Source of the DNA: Patescibacteria group bacterium
GTDB taxonomy: Bacteria > Patescibacteriota > Microgenomatia > Levybacterales > UBA12049
Assembly: GCA_035457005.1 (NCBI GenBank)
Contig: DATICB010000001.1
Coordinates: 3,246 to 67,245, forward strand
Length of the DNA: 64,000 nucleotides
Direction: 5' to 3'
Below the pieces are notes generated by a model. That model made no database searches and had not been told where the DNA came from. It was given only the letters and a program-made list of their open reading frames with translations. Position 1 is the first letter of the stretch; every line of letters starts with the position of its first letter. Made by a program: the position numbers and the translations under genes. Below are positions 26,652 through 35,584 of the stretch, one piece after another.

Positions 26652-27350
26652 ATGAAAATTCTTCAAATTTCAGATTTCCATAACGCAGTGGAAAAAGCAA
26701 AGGATATTTTGTACGAAAAAGTGGATAGAAAAACAGTTTTGTTTCTCTCAGGTGGCGCAACACCAAAAAGTTTGTATACACAACTTGCAAATGAAAAAAT
26801 TATCCACCCTGCTGCTGTTGGATTAATAGACGAAAGATATGGGAAAAAATTTCACGAAAAAAGTAATGAGCTGATGATAAAAGAGACGGGATTTTTACAT
26901 TATTTGTCATCTGCCACTATTCCTTTTTACCCGATCTTGAATAAAAATTTTTCCCGAGAAAAAACAGCAAAGGCGTACGATAAAACAACACGCGATTTAT
27001 TTTTTCATTTCCCAAAAAGTGTTGCGATAATGGGAGTTGGGGCAGATGGTCATACATCAAGTATTATTCCCAATAGAAAAGATTTTATTGACCCAATGTT
27101 TGCAGAAGGAAAAAAACAATTATTTGTTGGGGAACTTAATGACACAAAATCAGACTATAAAGAAAGAATTGGCATGACATTTGCAGGGTTATCACTTATT
27201 GATTATTTTATTGTTTTGCTTTTTGGTAAGGAGAAGAAAAAAGCATTACAGAAAATGTTCGACGAGGGGTCTTTGGAAGAAATACCTGCACGTTTTTTTA
27301 CCCAGCAAGCTTCAAATAATACTATTATTATTACCGATCAAGAGATTTAG
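26652..27350 (+). CDS. pgl: 6-phosphogluconolactonase
   Basis: LSGGATP, DER, MGVGADGHTSS; next to zwf. Confidence 0.85.
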   Translation: MKILQISDFHNAVEKAKDILYEKVDRKTVLFLSGGATPKSLYTQLANEKIIHPAAVGLIDERYGKKFHEKSNELMIKETGFLHYLSSATIPFYPILNKNFSREKTAKAYDKTTRDLFFHFPKSVAIMGVGADGHTSSIIPNRKDFIDPMFAEGKKQLFVGELNDTKSDYKERIGMTFAGLSLIDYFIVLLFGKEKKKALQKMFDEGSLEEIPARFFTQQASNNTIIITDQEI

Positions 27351-27397
27351 CGAAGAAAAGTTCTTGTTTCTCTGCAAAGATGCAGTAGAATATCATT

Positions 27398-28828
27398 ATG
27401 GATTCGCCGTTTATTTTTATTCTTTTTGGAGCAACAGGGGATCTAGCAAAAAATAAATTAATTCCTTCACTGTTTACATTATTTAAGAAAAAAAAGTTGC
27501 CGGAAAATTTTTACATATTTGGTTTTGGGAGACGTGAAATAACAGACACAGACTTCGCTGCATTTTTTCCAGAATTTGCTCTCGATTCTTTATGGACTGA
27601 TTTTGCCAAGCATTTGCAATATCAACAAGGATTTTTTGATGAAGCAAATGGTTACATGCAACTTGTTGAAAAATTACAAAAAATAGACAAACAAATGGGC
27701 GCATGTGTCACTCGCATTTTTTACTTAGCAACACCGCCAAATAATTATGATGCTATTTTAGATAACTTAGTCAGTTCTAGGCTTTCAGAAGGATGTGGGC
27801 AAGGCAGTAGTAAATGGACGCGAATTGCCATTGAAAAACCGTTTGGAAAAGATTTACAAACAGCAAAAGCATTGGATGAAAAATTAGCAAAAAATTTTGA
27901 AGAAAGACAGATCTTTCGAGTCGACCATTATTTGGGAAAAGAGACATTGCAAAACTTACTTGTTTTCCGTTTTGCTAATGGTATTTTTGATCCTATCTGG
28001 AATAAAGAATATATTGATCATGTACAAATTACCTGGAATGAGAAAAAAGGAATAGGGACGCGGGGAAAGTTTTTCGATGGCGTCGGCATGCTTCGGGACG
28101 TTGGACAAAATCATCTTATGCAACTTATTGCTGCTGTTGCAATGGAAATGCCGCGAAGTTTTTCTAGAGAAGGTGTCCGAGATGCCAGGTCACAAGCAAT
28201 AAAAAATATTAGCTGTATCGAGCCAGACGAAGTTGCATCGCGAGTTGTGAGAGGACAATACAAGGGGTATCTTGATGAAAAGAATGTTGCATCAAATTCT
28301 TCAACCGAAACATTTGTTGCAATGAAATTTTTTGTTAATTCAGAAAGATTTGCTCATATACCGTTTTATGTGAGAGCAGGAAAAGCGATGGGAGACAATA
28401 GTGTGCAAATTCATATTGTTTTTAAACAAACGTGCCACATTCTCTTTAAAGAAATTGGTTGTCCAGAAGAGGGAAATGTGTTGACTATTCGCATACAGCC
28501 AAATGAAGGAATTTCACTTAAAATTATTGCGAAAACACCAAGTACGCACTTGTCGTTGCAACCGGTAGATATGCATTTTACCTACAATGAGTCATTCGGA
28601 ACAAAAGGGTCTGATGCATACGAAAAAATTCTTACAGATATTATGACAGGAGATCAAATGCTATTTAATCGGTCAGACGAATTAGAGGCATCATGGACAT
28701 TTATTGAAAAAATTATCAAAGGATGGGAAAAATCAGGCGAGAAAATTACGTCATACGCGGTTGGTTCTGCTCGTCCTGATGCAGCAGATGCACTGATCGA
28801 AAAAGACGGAAGAAAATGGATAGAGTAA
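27398..28828 (+). CDS. zwf: Glucose-6-phosphate 1-dehydrogenase
   Basis: GATGDLA, EKPFG, RVDHYLGKE. Confidence 0.97.
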   Translation: MDSPFIFILFGATGDLAKNKLIPSLFTLFKKKKLPENFYIFGFGRREITDTDFAAFFPEFALDSLWTDFAKHLQYQQGFFDEANGYMQLVEKLQKIDKQMGACVTRIFYLATPPNNYDAILDNLVSSRLSEGCGQGSSKWTRIAIEKPFGKDLQTAKALDEKLAKNFEERQIFRVDHYLGKETLQNLLVFRFANGIFDPIWNKEYIDHVQITWNEKKGIGTRGKFFDGVGMLRDVGQNHLMQLIAAVAMEMPRSFSREGVRDARSQAIKNISCIEPDEVASRVVRGQYKGYLDEKNVASNSSTETFVAMKFFVNSERFAHIPFYVRAGKAMGDNSVQIHIVFKQTCHILFKEIGCPEEGNVLTIRIQPNEGISLKIIAKTPSTHLSLQPVDMHFTYNESFGTKGSDAYEKILTDIMTGDQMLFNRSDELEASWTFIEKIIKGWEKSGEKITSYAVGSARPDAADALIEKDGRKWIE

Positions 28829-28873
28829 TTTCGTAATCTTGATTTTTGTAAGACAAATAGCTACTATAAAATT

Positions 28874-28987
28874 ATGAATGATCGCGTTTTAGTTACTAAT
28901 AATTATTCGCCCAACAAAACCTCCTAGATTTTTGCTGGGAGATTTTGCGTACTCATGTTGTAGACCTCCCAGCACGGGAGGTTTTTT
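28874..28987 (+). promoter_or_regulatory. Attenuator-like leader (17-aa peptide, alternative hairpins, terminator)
   Basis: MNDRVLVTNNYSPNKTS stop at 28874-28927; TGCTGGGAG pairs with CTCCCAGCA; ACCTCC/GGAGGT followed by T-run. Confidence 0.6.
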
Positions 28988-29020
28988 AGTGGGATACCAT
29001 GTAGTTTTGTGTTTACATGT

Positions 29021-29092
29021 GTCACGGTTGGATAGCTCTTTGAGCATTCAACGTGACCCTGTTAGATGCGAAGCTATCTAACAGGGGAGGTG
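29021..29092 (+). promoter_or_regulatory. Double-hairpin plus Shine-Dalgarno element, copy 1
   Basis: Covarying copies at 34849 and 37090. Confidence 0.7.
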
Positions 29093-29099
29093 AAAAAAT

Positions 29100-29423
29100 A
29101 TGAATCCAATTATTTGTACAATTTGTCAAAAAACAAATCATTTACCGGAAAAACAAGTTATTGTTATGGCAAATTTTGCACAGAAGTATCAAGCAGAAAG
29201 AGCGTTATTTGATATTCAAAAATCACACATTGCTATTGTCTGGCAGAGAATTTTTGTCCGGTCAGATTTTATAACACTTATTTTGTCATTGCATGGCATA
29301 AAAGATATTGTTCATCTGCAAAGTCTTTACATTGAAAGTATGTGTCAAAATAATAATGCATTAACAATTGATGTTGTTTCGCAAAAAGTACATCAAGAAA
29401 AATTATTGTCTGCTTTGAGCTAG
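29100..29423 (+). CDS. Hypothetical protein with N-terminal CxxC
   Basis: 107 aa, strong GGAGGTG SD. Confidence 0.7.
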   Translation: MNPIICTICQKTNHLPEKQVIVMANFAQKYQAERALFDIQKSHIAIVWQRIFVRSDFITLILSLHGIKDIVHLQSLYIESMCQNNNALTIDVVSQKVHQEKLLSALS

Positions 29424-29469
29424 TTTTATCTCTTGTTTTAGAGAAAAAAAGTGTGTAGTTTTAATAAAT

Positions 29470-30444
29470 ATGCTAATTGGTTTTCTCGGACTTGGGAAAA
29501 TGGGTGGCCGAATGGTGAGTAAATTATTGCAAGGCGGACACGATGTTGTGGCGTGGAATAGGTCGATAGACGTTTCAGAAGAATTTGTCAAACAATATGC
29601 TTTGAGCAAAGCGACCAGCCTGCCGGCGCGGCAGGGAAGTTCCCACATTCGTTCGAATAATATCTCCCTTGTTAAAAATATTTCTGATTTTGTTTTATTA
29701 AAAAATAAACCTCATGTTTTTTGGTCAATGGTTCAATATGGAGAACCGACCAAACAGGTTCTTTTGCAACTTCTTACTACTGCAGAAAAAGGTGATGTGG
29801 TTATTGATGGGGCAAATTCTTTTTACTTGGATACACAAAAACAGTACGAAGCATTTACTAAAAAAGGGATTCACTTTTTGGGAATTGGTGTAAGCGGGGG
29901 AATTCTGGCACCAGTCAATGGATTTCCTCTCATGGCAGGGGGATCAGAGACAGGATATAAAAAAATCCAACCAATTCTTGATACACTCAGTAAACCACAT
30001 GGAGGTCATGCGTATTTTGGGAAAGGCGGAGTTGGACATTTTATTAAAATGGTTCACAACGGCGTGGAGTACGGGATGATGCAAGCAATTGGTGAGGGAT
30101 TTGGTGTTTTGGAAAAGGGACCGTATTTGTTGGATTTGGAAAAAGTTGCAGATCTTTGGACAAAAGAGACAATTGTTTCTGGGTTCCTCATGGATTGCGC
30201 AAGAGATGCATTGGTAAAAGATCCACAACTTGCCAAGACGGCAGGATTTATAGAAGAAAATGGGGAAGCAAAATGGACAATTGCATTGGCAAAAAAGCTA
30301 CGGGTTCCAATTGAGATTATTGAAGCTTCATTACAATTTAGACAAAAATCACAAAAAAGTTTGATTATCCAAAAGTCATTTGCTGCAAAAATGGTTGCCG
30401 CCCTCAGACACGAATTTGGTGGACATAAGACAAAGGAGAAATAA
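29470..30444 (+). CDS. gnd: 6-phosphogluconate dehydrogenase (short type)
   Basis: GLGKMG, GVSGG, GHFIKMVHNGVEYG, LRHEFGGH. Confidence 0.95.
   Translation: MLIGFLGLGKMGGRMVSKLLQGGHDVVAWNRSIDVSEEFVKQYALSKATSLPARQGSSHIRSNNISLVKNISDFVLLKNKPHVFWSMVQYGEPTKQVLLQLLTTAEKGDVVIDGANSFYLDTQKQYEAFTKKGIHFLGIGVSGGILAPVNGFPLMAGGSETGYKKIQPILDTLSKPHGGHAYFGKGGVGHFIKMVHNGVEYGMMQAIGEGFGVLEKGPYLLDLEKVADLWTKETIVSGFLMDCARDALVKDPQLAKTAGFIEENGEAKWTIALAKKLRVPIEIIEASLQFRQKSQKSLIIQKSFAAKMVAALRHEFGGHKTKEK
29602..29660. repeat. Degenerate family C repeat with nested CCTGCC-N5-GGCAGG hairpin inside gnd
   Basis: Encodes LSKATSLPARQGSSHIRSNN; 3' end resembles the recR copy. Confidence 0.55.
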
Positions 30445-30636
30445 ATGGCCAACAAACCTAAGGAGTATGGTGTTGCACCCGATTCTCCACGAACGCAGGA
30501 TAGTGTTACTAGAAGAATAGGAGAATTAGGTGATGCAACACGGCGGAGAGGTTTGGACATTTATTCCTTTTTAAGACTCCGTCGATTGGGGCAAAAAATT
30601 GATAATGGTGATTACCATGAGGACAGATTTCATTGA
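30445..30636 (+). CDS. Orphan small protein
   Basis: 63-aa ORF abutting the gnd stop. Confidence 0.5.
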   Translation: MANKPKEYGVAPDSPRTQDSVTRRIGELGDATRRRGLDIYSFLRLRRLGQKIDNGDYHEDRFH

Positions 30637-30669
30637 CAAAAAACGTTTTATGTATATAATAACTGTAAC

Positions 30670-30852
30670 GCGTTGTGGGTATCCCGCCCAATTTGTTCTT
30701 GGAAAGAGAACACGCTGACTGCGATGAGCAGATCCGAGCCACTCTCGTAAAAAGTGAAAGGTGAGTTCGAAAGAATTTACGAAGCAAGGTGGTACCACGA
30801 TTTACCTCGTCCTTGTTAAGCAGATTTCTGTTTAATGAAGACGAGTTTTTTA
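30670..30852 (+). ncRNA. T-box riboswitch upstream of proS
   Basis: AAGGTGGTACCACG at 30786-30799, downstream CGTCCTT, terminator CTCGTC...GACGAG plus T-run; TTGACA 30633 and TATAAT 30655. Confidence 0.85.
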
Positions 30853-30877
30853 TTGTAAAATTTGATACGATTACATT

Positions 30878-32590
30878 ATGAAATATTCACAGTTACCATT
30901 TAAGACAACAAAAACAATTGCAAAAGATTTGCAGTCAAAAAATTCACGTCTTCTTACTCAGGCTGGCTACATTCATAAGGAAATTGCAGGGGTATACACG
31001 TTTTTGCCTCTTGGACTGCGAGTTTTGAATAAAATAGAAGCGATTATTCGTGAGGAGATGGATACGATTTCTGCAGAGCTTTTTATGCCTTCATTGGCAC
31101 CAATTGCTCACTGGGAAAAAACAAAACGATTCCACAGTGTTGATGTGCTCATGAAGACAACACCTGCAAATGAAAAAGCCAGACTAAAAAACGATACAGA
31201 ATATGTCCTGAGCCCAACACACGAAGATATGGTCACACCGCTTGTGCAAGAATTTGTCCATTCATACAAAGATTTACCAGTTGCGGTGTATCAAATTCAA
31301 ACAAAATTTAGAAACGAGCCTCGTGCAAAATCAGGACTACTGAGGTGTCGTGAATTTCGTATGAAAGATTTGTATTCATTCCACATGAACGAAGAGGATT
31401 TAAAAAGATACTACGAAATTGTAAAAGAAGTATATTTTCGAGTTTTTGAAAAATTAGGTCTTAAGCATGGACTATTTCTTACCTTAGCATCTGGTGGTGA
31501 TTTTACGAAAGATTACTCGCATGAGTTTCAGGTTGTCTGTGATGCTGGGGAGGATATTATTTTCCATGTAAAAAGCAAAAATCTTACCTTTAATCGCGAG
31601 GTTGCGCCAAGTATGGCGCCAACTATGGATCAGCACGATGAGGAAGAAAAACCACTTGCCGAAATAGAAGGTGTTGGCATGATTGGAGTAGAAGAGGTGG
31701 CAAAACACATAGGAATTACTGTTGAGCAAACAACAAAAACACTTCTTTTTGAAGATGAAAATCACCATATTATCGCGGCAACAGTCAGGGGTGGATATGA
31801 CGTGAACGAGGAGAAATTGCAAAAAATTGCAGGAGTCGGCTCGCTTACTTTGGCTTCTGCAGAAACAGTAAAGAAAGTTACTGGTGCAGAAGTTGGGTAT
31901 GCGGGACTTCTGAATTTACCAAAAGACGTAAAAATATTTATGGATGAATCACTGAAAGGAAGACGTAATTTTGAAATGGGAGCAAACAAAACAGGGTTTC
32001 ATTCAATGAATGTTAATTTTGGAAGAGATTTACCAGAACCAGAGACATTTTACGATCTTAAGACTGCCAAAGAAGGCGACAAATATCCTGAAACAGGTGA
32101 AGTATATGAAGTGTATAAAGCAGCAGAAGTTGGTAATATTTTTCCACTCAATGTAAAATTTTCCGAAAGCTTTGGGTTTACCTACATAGATGAAAAAGGT
32201 CAAAAAATGCCAATTTATATGGGAAGTTACGGTATTGGCCCATCCCGAGTTATGGGAGTAATTGTTGAGAAGTTTGCCGACGAAAAAGGGCTTATTTGGC
32301 CTCATAATATTGCACCGTATACGGTTCATCTCATCTCCCTTAACGCACATGATAAGGCAGGCATGTTGTACAAAACGTTGGAGCAAGAAGGAGTCGAGAT
32401 ATTTTATGATGACCGCGGTAATGCGTCTGCTGGAGAAAAATTTGCAGATGCAGACCTTATGGGTATGCCGGTTCGTTTAGTTATTAGTGGCAAAACAGGA
32501 GACAGTGTTGAATGGAAAGAGCGGGGTAAAGAAAATAGTGAGTTGATAAGTGTTGAAGAAGTAATTACCCGTTTAAAAAGAGCTCATTGA
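30878..32590 (+). CDS. proS: Proline--tRNA ligase with editing (INS) domain
   Basis: PTHE, QTKFRNEPR, REF.MKDLYSF, EVGNIF, MGSYGIG. Confidence 0.96.
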   Translation: MKYSQLPFKTTKTIAKDLQSKNSRLLTQAGYIHKEIAGVYTFLPLGLRVLNKIEAIIREEMDTISAELFMPSLAPIAHWEKTKRFHSVDVLMKTTPANEKARLKNDTEYVLSPTHEDMVTPLVQEFVHSYKDLPVAVYQIQTKFRNEPRAKSGLLRCREFRMKDLYSFHMNEEDLKRYYEIVKEVYFRVFEKLGLKHGLFLTLASGGDFTKDYSHEFQVVCDAGEDIIFHVKSKNLTFNREVAPSMAPTMDQHDEEEKPLAEIEGVGMIGVEEVAKHIGITVEQTTKTLLFEDENHHIIAATVRGGYDVNEEKLQKIAGVGSLTLASAETVKKVTGAEVGYAGLLNLPKDVKIFMDESLKGRRNFEMGANKTGFHSMNVNFGRDLPEPETFYDLKTAKEGDKYPETGEVYEVYKAAEVGNIFPLNVKFSESFGFTYIDEKGQKMPIYMGSYGIGPSRVMGVIVEKFADEKGLIWPHNIAPYTVHLISLNAHDKAGMLYKTLEQEGVEIFYDDRGNASAGEKFADADLMGMPVRLVISGKTGDSVEWKERGKENSELISVEEVITRLKRAH

Positions 32591-33267
32591 GAAAGAAATG
32601 GGAGAGAATACCCAAAGAATTTTACCCAAAACACTGCATAGACTACTAAAAAAGCAAAAGCACCAAAAATAAGAATCAGCGGAGAAAATCCTTTCCCTTT
32701 TACTTTTGCAGCTGCAACAGGACTTCCGCCATTACCTATTTTTATTGTTTCTGTTTCATGAGGAACAATATGCGGCATGCTCATTGTTGCACTCATAGAA
32801 TCCATAGGAGAAGCATTTGTTGGCGTTGGAGTTGTAGGTGTTGCTGTTTGCGCATCATCTGTTGTTGGCGTCATAGGTGATGGAGGAGTCGGCTCAGAAG
32901 CAGGTATTGGATTACCAGGGAGTGTTATGGGCGTGTCCATAGAGGGACTTGTGGGAGGTGTAGATGGCGGCGTTGGCATTACTGGTGTTACGGGGTTGTC
33001 TGCCGGCATTTCTGGTGCAGATGGCATTGTTGGACTTTGCATAGGGTCTGCCGGTGTTGGGGAAGGCATAGTAGGCGATGGTACTGGCGTCGGTTCTGCT
33101 GGTGAAATAGGCGGTGTCTGAGAAGCAGGGTCCTGCGTTGGTGTTGTCGGTGATGGTGAGGTAGGTGTTTGAGAAGGTGTTGCGGAAAGATTTGTCCCCA
33201 TAACACGGTCGTAGACTTCTTGTAATTTGGGGTCTAGTGGTTGATTGCTGTTTTGTTTGGGATCCAT
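32584..33267 (-). CDS. Pro/Thr-rich protein with C-terminal TM
   Basis: Low-complexity PT linker, terminal hydrophobic helix. Confidence 0.75.
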   Translation of the reverse strand: MDPKQNSNQPLDPKLQEVYDRVMGTNLSATPSQTPTSPSPTTPTQDPASQTPPISPAEPTPVPSPTMPSPTPADPMQSPTMPSAPEMPADNPVTPVMPTPPSTPPTSPSMDTPITLPGNPIPASEPTPPSPMTPTTDDAQTATPTTPTPTNASPMDSMSATMSMPHIVPHETETIKIGNGGSPVAAAKVKGKGFSPLILIFGAFAFLVVYAVFWVKFFGYSLPFLSQ

Positions 33268-33368
33268 GTATACATAATCTCGAATCTTATACTCGTTTGT
33301 CAAGTTTCAACTTGTTTACCTTTTAATCCAGAGCGCATAAGACTTGGGCTATTTGCTATAATTGCATT

Positions 33369-34286
33369 ATGCACGTTATTATTACCCACGCATCTCCTGA
33401 CTGGGACGCAATTGGTTCTGTTTGGATTTTAAAGCGATTTTTGCCAGGATGGGAGAATGCAAAAGTGGAATTTGTCCCGGCAGGTAATCGGAGCCCACGC
33501 GTTTTACGAAAAGAAAAAGAAGCAGATACACAAGTCGTCGTAGAATCTGATGACACAAAAATAATTCACGTCGATACTGGGCTTACTCCTTTAGATCATC
33601 ATCAAATTTATGATACCAATGTCTGTTCAACAAGTAGATGTTGGGACTATGTTGCCCGCGAAAATCCCAATCTTCATGCAACAACATCGGACACAAAAAG
33701 AGACGATAAAATTGTTGCGATGGAGCGAATCGTTAGCTACATTGTTGCGCTGGATCATTTTCAGGAAATTTTTTGGCCAGACGCTGGATCTGACATTCAC
33801 GAGTTTAGTCTCTATGGCATTTTAGAGGGAATGAAGGGACTTCATCCTGACGATGATGACTATTTTGTGAGTTGGGGAATGGATATTTTGGATGCAATGC
33901 TCAAACGATTTGAGAGCAGAGTTTGGGCAGAAAAAGAAATTGCAAAAGGGAAAGAATTTAGTACGAAGTGGGGAAAGGCAATTGCGATTGAGACAATCAA
34001 TGATAGTGTGATTAAGCTTGCGCAAAAAATGGGATATGTTGTGGTTGTCAGACGTGATCCGCGAAAAGGATATGTGCGAATTAAAGCAGTTCCATTTAAA
34101 GAAGGGGTGACTCCAAATGTTAATTTAAGCCTTGTGCATAATCAGCTCGAAAAAATGGATCCAGAGGCAACGTGGTTTCTTCATGTCTCCAATAAAATGC
34201 TTCTTAATGGCACGCCAAAAAACCCAAAAATGGTACCAACAAAACTTTCTTTAGAGCAGATTGTTTCGGTTTTGGAAAAGATATAA
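33369..34286 (+). CDS. DHH/MYG1-like phosphoesterase-type protein
   Basis: ITHASPDWDA, VDTG...LDHHQ. Confidence 0.6.
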   Translation: MHVIITHASPDWDAIGSVWILKRFLPGWENAKVEFVPAGNRSPRVLRKEKEADTQVVVESDDTKIIHVDTGLTPLDHHQIYDTNVCSTSRCWDYVARENPNLHATTSDTKRDDKIVAMERIVSYIVALDHFQEIFWPDAGSDIHEFSLYGILEGMKGLHPDDDDYFVSWGMDILDAMLKRFESRVWAEKEIAKGKEFSTKWGKAIAIETINDSVIKLAQKMGYVVVVRRDPRKGYVRIKAVPFKEGVTPNVNLSLVHNQLEKMDPEATWFLHVSNKMLLNGTPKNPKMVPTKLSLEQIVSVLEKI

Positions 34287-34287
34287 G

Positions 34288-34364
34288 TGTCATCGCGAGT
34301 TTGCCTGCTGGCAACGTGGCGATCTTTAAAAGATTGCTTCGTCACTACGTTCCTCGCAATGACA
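34288..34364. repeat. Family A palindrome, intergenic
   Basis: TGTCATCGCGAG...CTCGCAATGACA. Confidence 0.88.
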
Positions 34365-34370
34365 AAATCT

Positions 34371-34694
34371 ATGGATAGCTGTATTTTCTGCAAAATTGCG
34401 AGTCATATTGAACCCAAAAGCTTTACTTACGAAGACGAAGACATTATGGTTTTTCCAGACACGCATCCTGTTAAGCCTGTTCATCTTCTTATTGTTCCTA
34501 AAAAGCACTATAAAGATTTCATAGAGCTTAGTGACGCTGTTTTGTGGAATAAGATTCGGGAAGTTGCCCAGAAACTTGTTGGTCAGTTTGATCTAGCAGA
34601 TAAAGGCTTTCGCATCTCAATTAATGGCGGTGGGGCACAAAAAATTGACCATTTGCATGTTCACCTCATGGGACCAATGGGAAAGATGGTATAA
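34371..34694 (+). CDS. HIT family nucleotide-binding protein
   Basis: CIFCKI, HLLIVPKKH, HLHVH. Confidence 0.92.
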   Translation: MDSCIFCKIASHIEPKSFTYEDEDIMVFPDTHPVKPVHLLIVPKKHYKDFIELSDAVLWNKIREVAQKLVGQFDLADKGFRISINGGGAQKIDHLHVHLMGPMGKMV

Positions 34695-34740
34695 GGAAAA
34701 GTGTTGTGGAATTTGTTTTACATAGCTTTTTTAGCGAGAC

Positions 34741-34768
34741 AGGATCCTTCGTTTCACTCAGGATGACA
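34741..34768. repeat. Half family B repeat
   Basis: GGATCCTTCGTTTCACTCAGGATGACA. Confidence 0.75.
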
Positions 34769-34848
34769 TGAATTTGTTTATAATTATACAAAATCATGTC
34801 ACTTTTCCACATTTTTGTGATATAATTAACCACGCTACATAACAAAGG

Positions 34849-34925
34849 GCCACAGTTAGATAGGCTGAGGCCATCTAGCGTGGTTCCATTGGATGCTCCA
34901 AGGAGCTATGCAATAGGAGGAGGTG
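34849..34925 (+). promoter_or_regulatory. Double-hairpin plus SD element, copy 2 (rpsU leader)
   Basis: GCCAC-A-GTTAGAT...ATCTAGC-GTGGT, second hairpin, then GGAGGTG. Confidence 0.65.
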
Positions 34926-34937
34926 TTTATTTAATTT

Positions 34938-35138
34938 ATGGTAATTGTCGTAAAACAACCAGGTGATTCGGATGATGCAGTCATTCGAAAATTTACAAAA
35001 AAAGTAATGGATGCAGGTATCGTTCAGCAAGCAAAGCGTTTGCAATTTTACCTAAAGCCTTCAGCCGCACGTGCACAAAAAAAGCAAGATAATAGAAAAG
35101 CACGACTCCTGAAAAAGTCCATCAAAGCAACAATATAA
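34938..35138 (+). CDS. rpsU: 30S ribosomal protein S21
   Basis: IRKFTKKV...GI...FYLKPS pattern; follows HIT gene. Confidence 0.85.
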   Translation: MVIVVKQPGDSDDAVIRKFTKKVMDAGIVQQAKRLQFYLKPSAARAQKKQDNRKARLLKKSIKATI

Positions 35139-35524
35139 TGAATGATGTAAGCGTTTTGTTATTTGTCGAAAGCAGATACAAAGTTAACCGCCGTCGCATA
35201 CGAAGAGCTGTTGAAAAAGTGTTGTATGATCAGCATGTTGCAGGCCCCGTAGAGGTAAGTATTGCGATTATTGGCGACCGCAAAATGCGCGAATTATCCA
35301 AAAAATACAAAGGCGAGGATAAAACGCGAAACATTCTGAGTTTTTCTTTGGCAGAGGGGAGTCCAACAGTATTGCCAACAGATAAACTCCGCCTTGGCGA
35401 TATTGTTATTTCGTATCCATATCTTATTAAAGAAGCAGCGCAATTTGATGAATTGGTCGACGATCGCATGGACATGCTTGTTAGCCATGGTATGTTGCAT
35501 CTTTTGGGCGTTCACCACGAATAG
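35138..35524 (+). CDS. ybeY: rRNA maturation RNase YbeY
   Basis: ILSF, LGDIVIS, HGMLHLLG.HH. Confidence 0.92.
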   Translation: MNDVSVLLFVESRYKVNRRRIRRAVEKVLYDQHVAGPVEVSIAIIGDRKMRELSKKYKGEDKTRNILSFSLAEGSPTVLPTDKLRLGDIVISYPYLIKEAAQFDELVDDRMDMLVSHGMLHLLGVHHE

Positions 35525-35584
35525 AAAAGACAGAGTTTGTTCCATTTCCAATTGTGTGCTTTTGTAGTATTCTAGGAAAGCTTT

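Noticed and set aside
32777-33121. Gly/Val-rich ORFs antisense to Pro/Thr-rich genes (also 49320, 58792, 61907)
   Set aside because: Shadow frames of low-complexity PT linkers on the opposite strand
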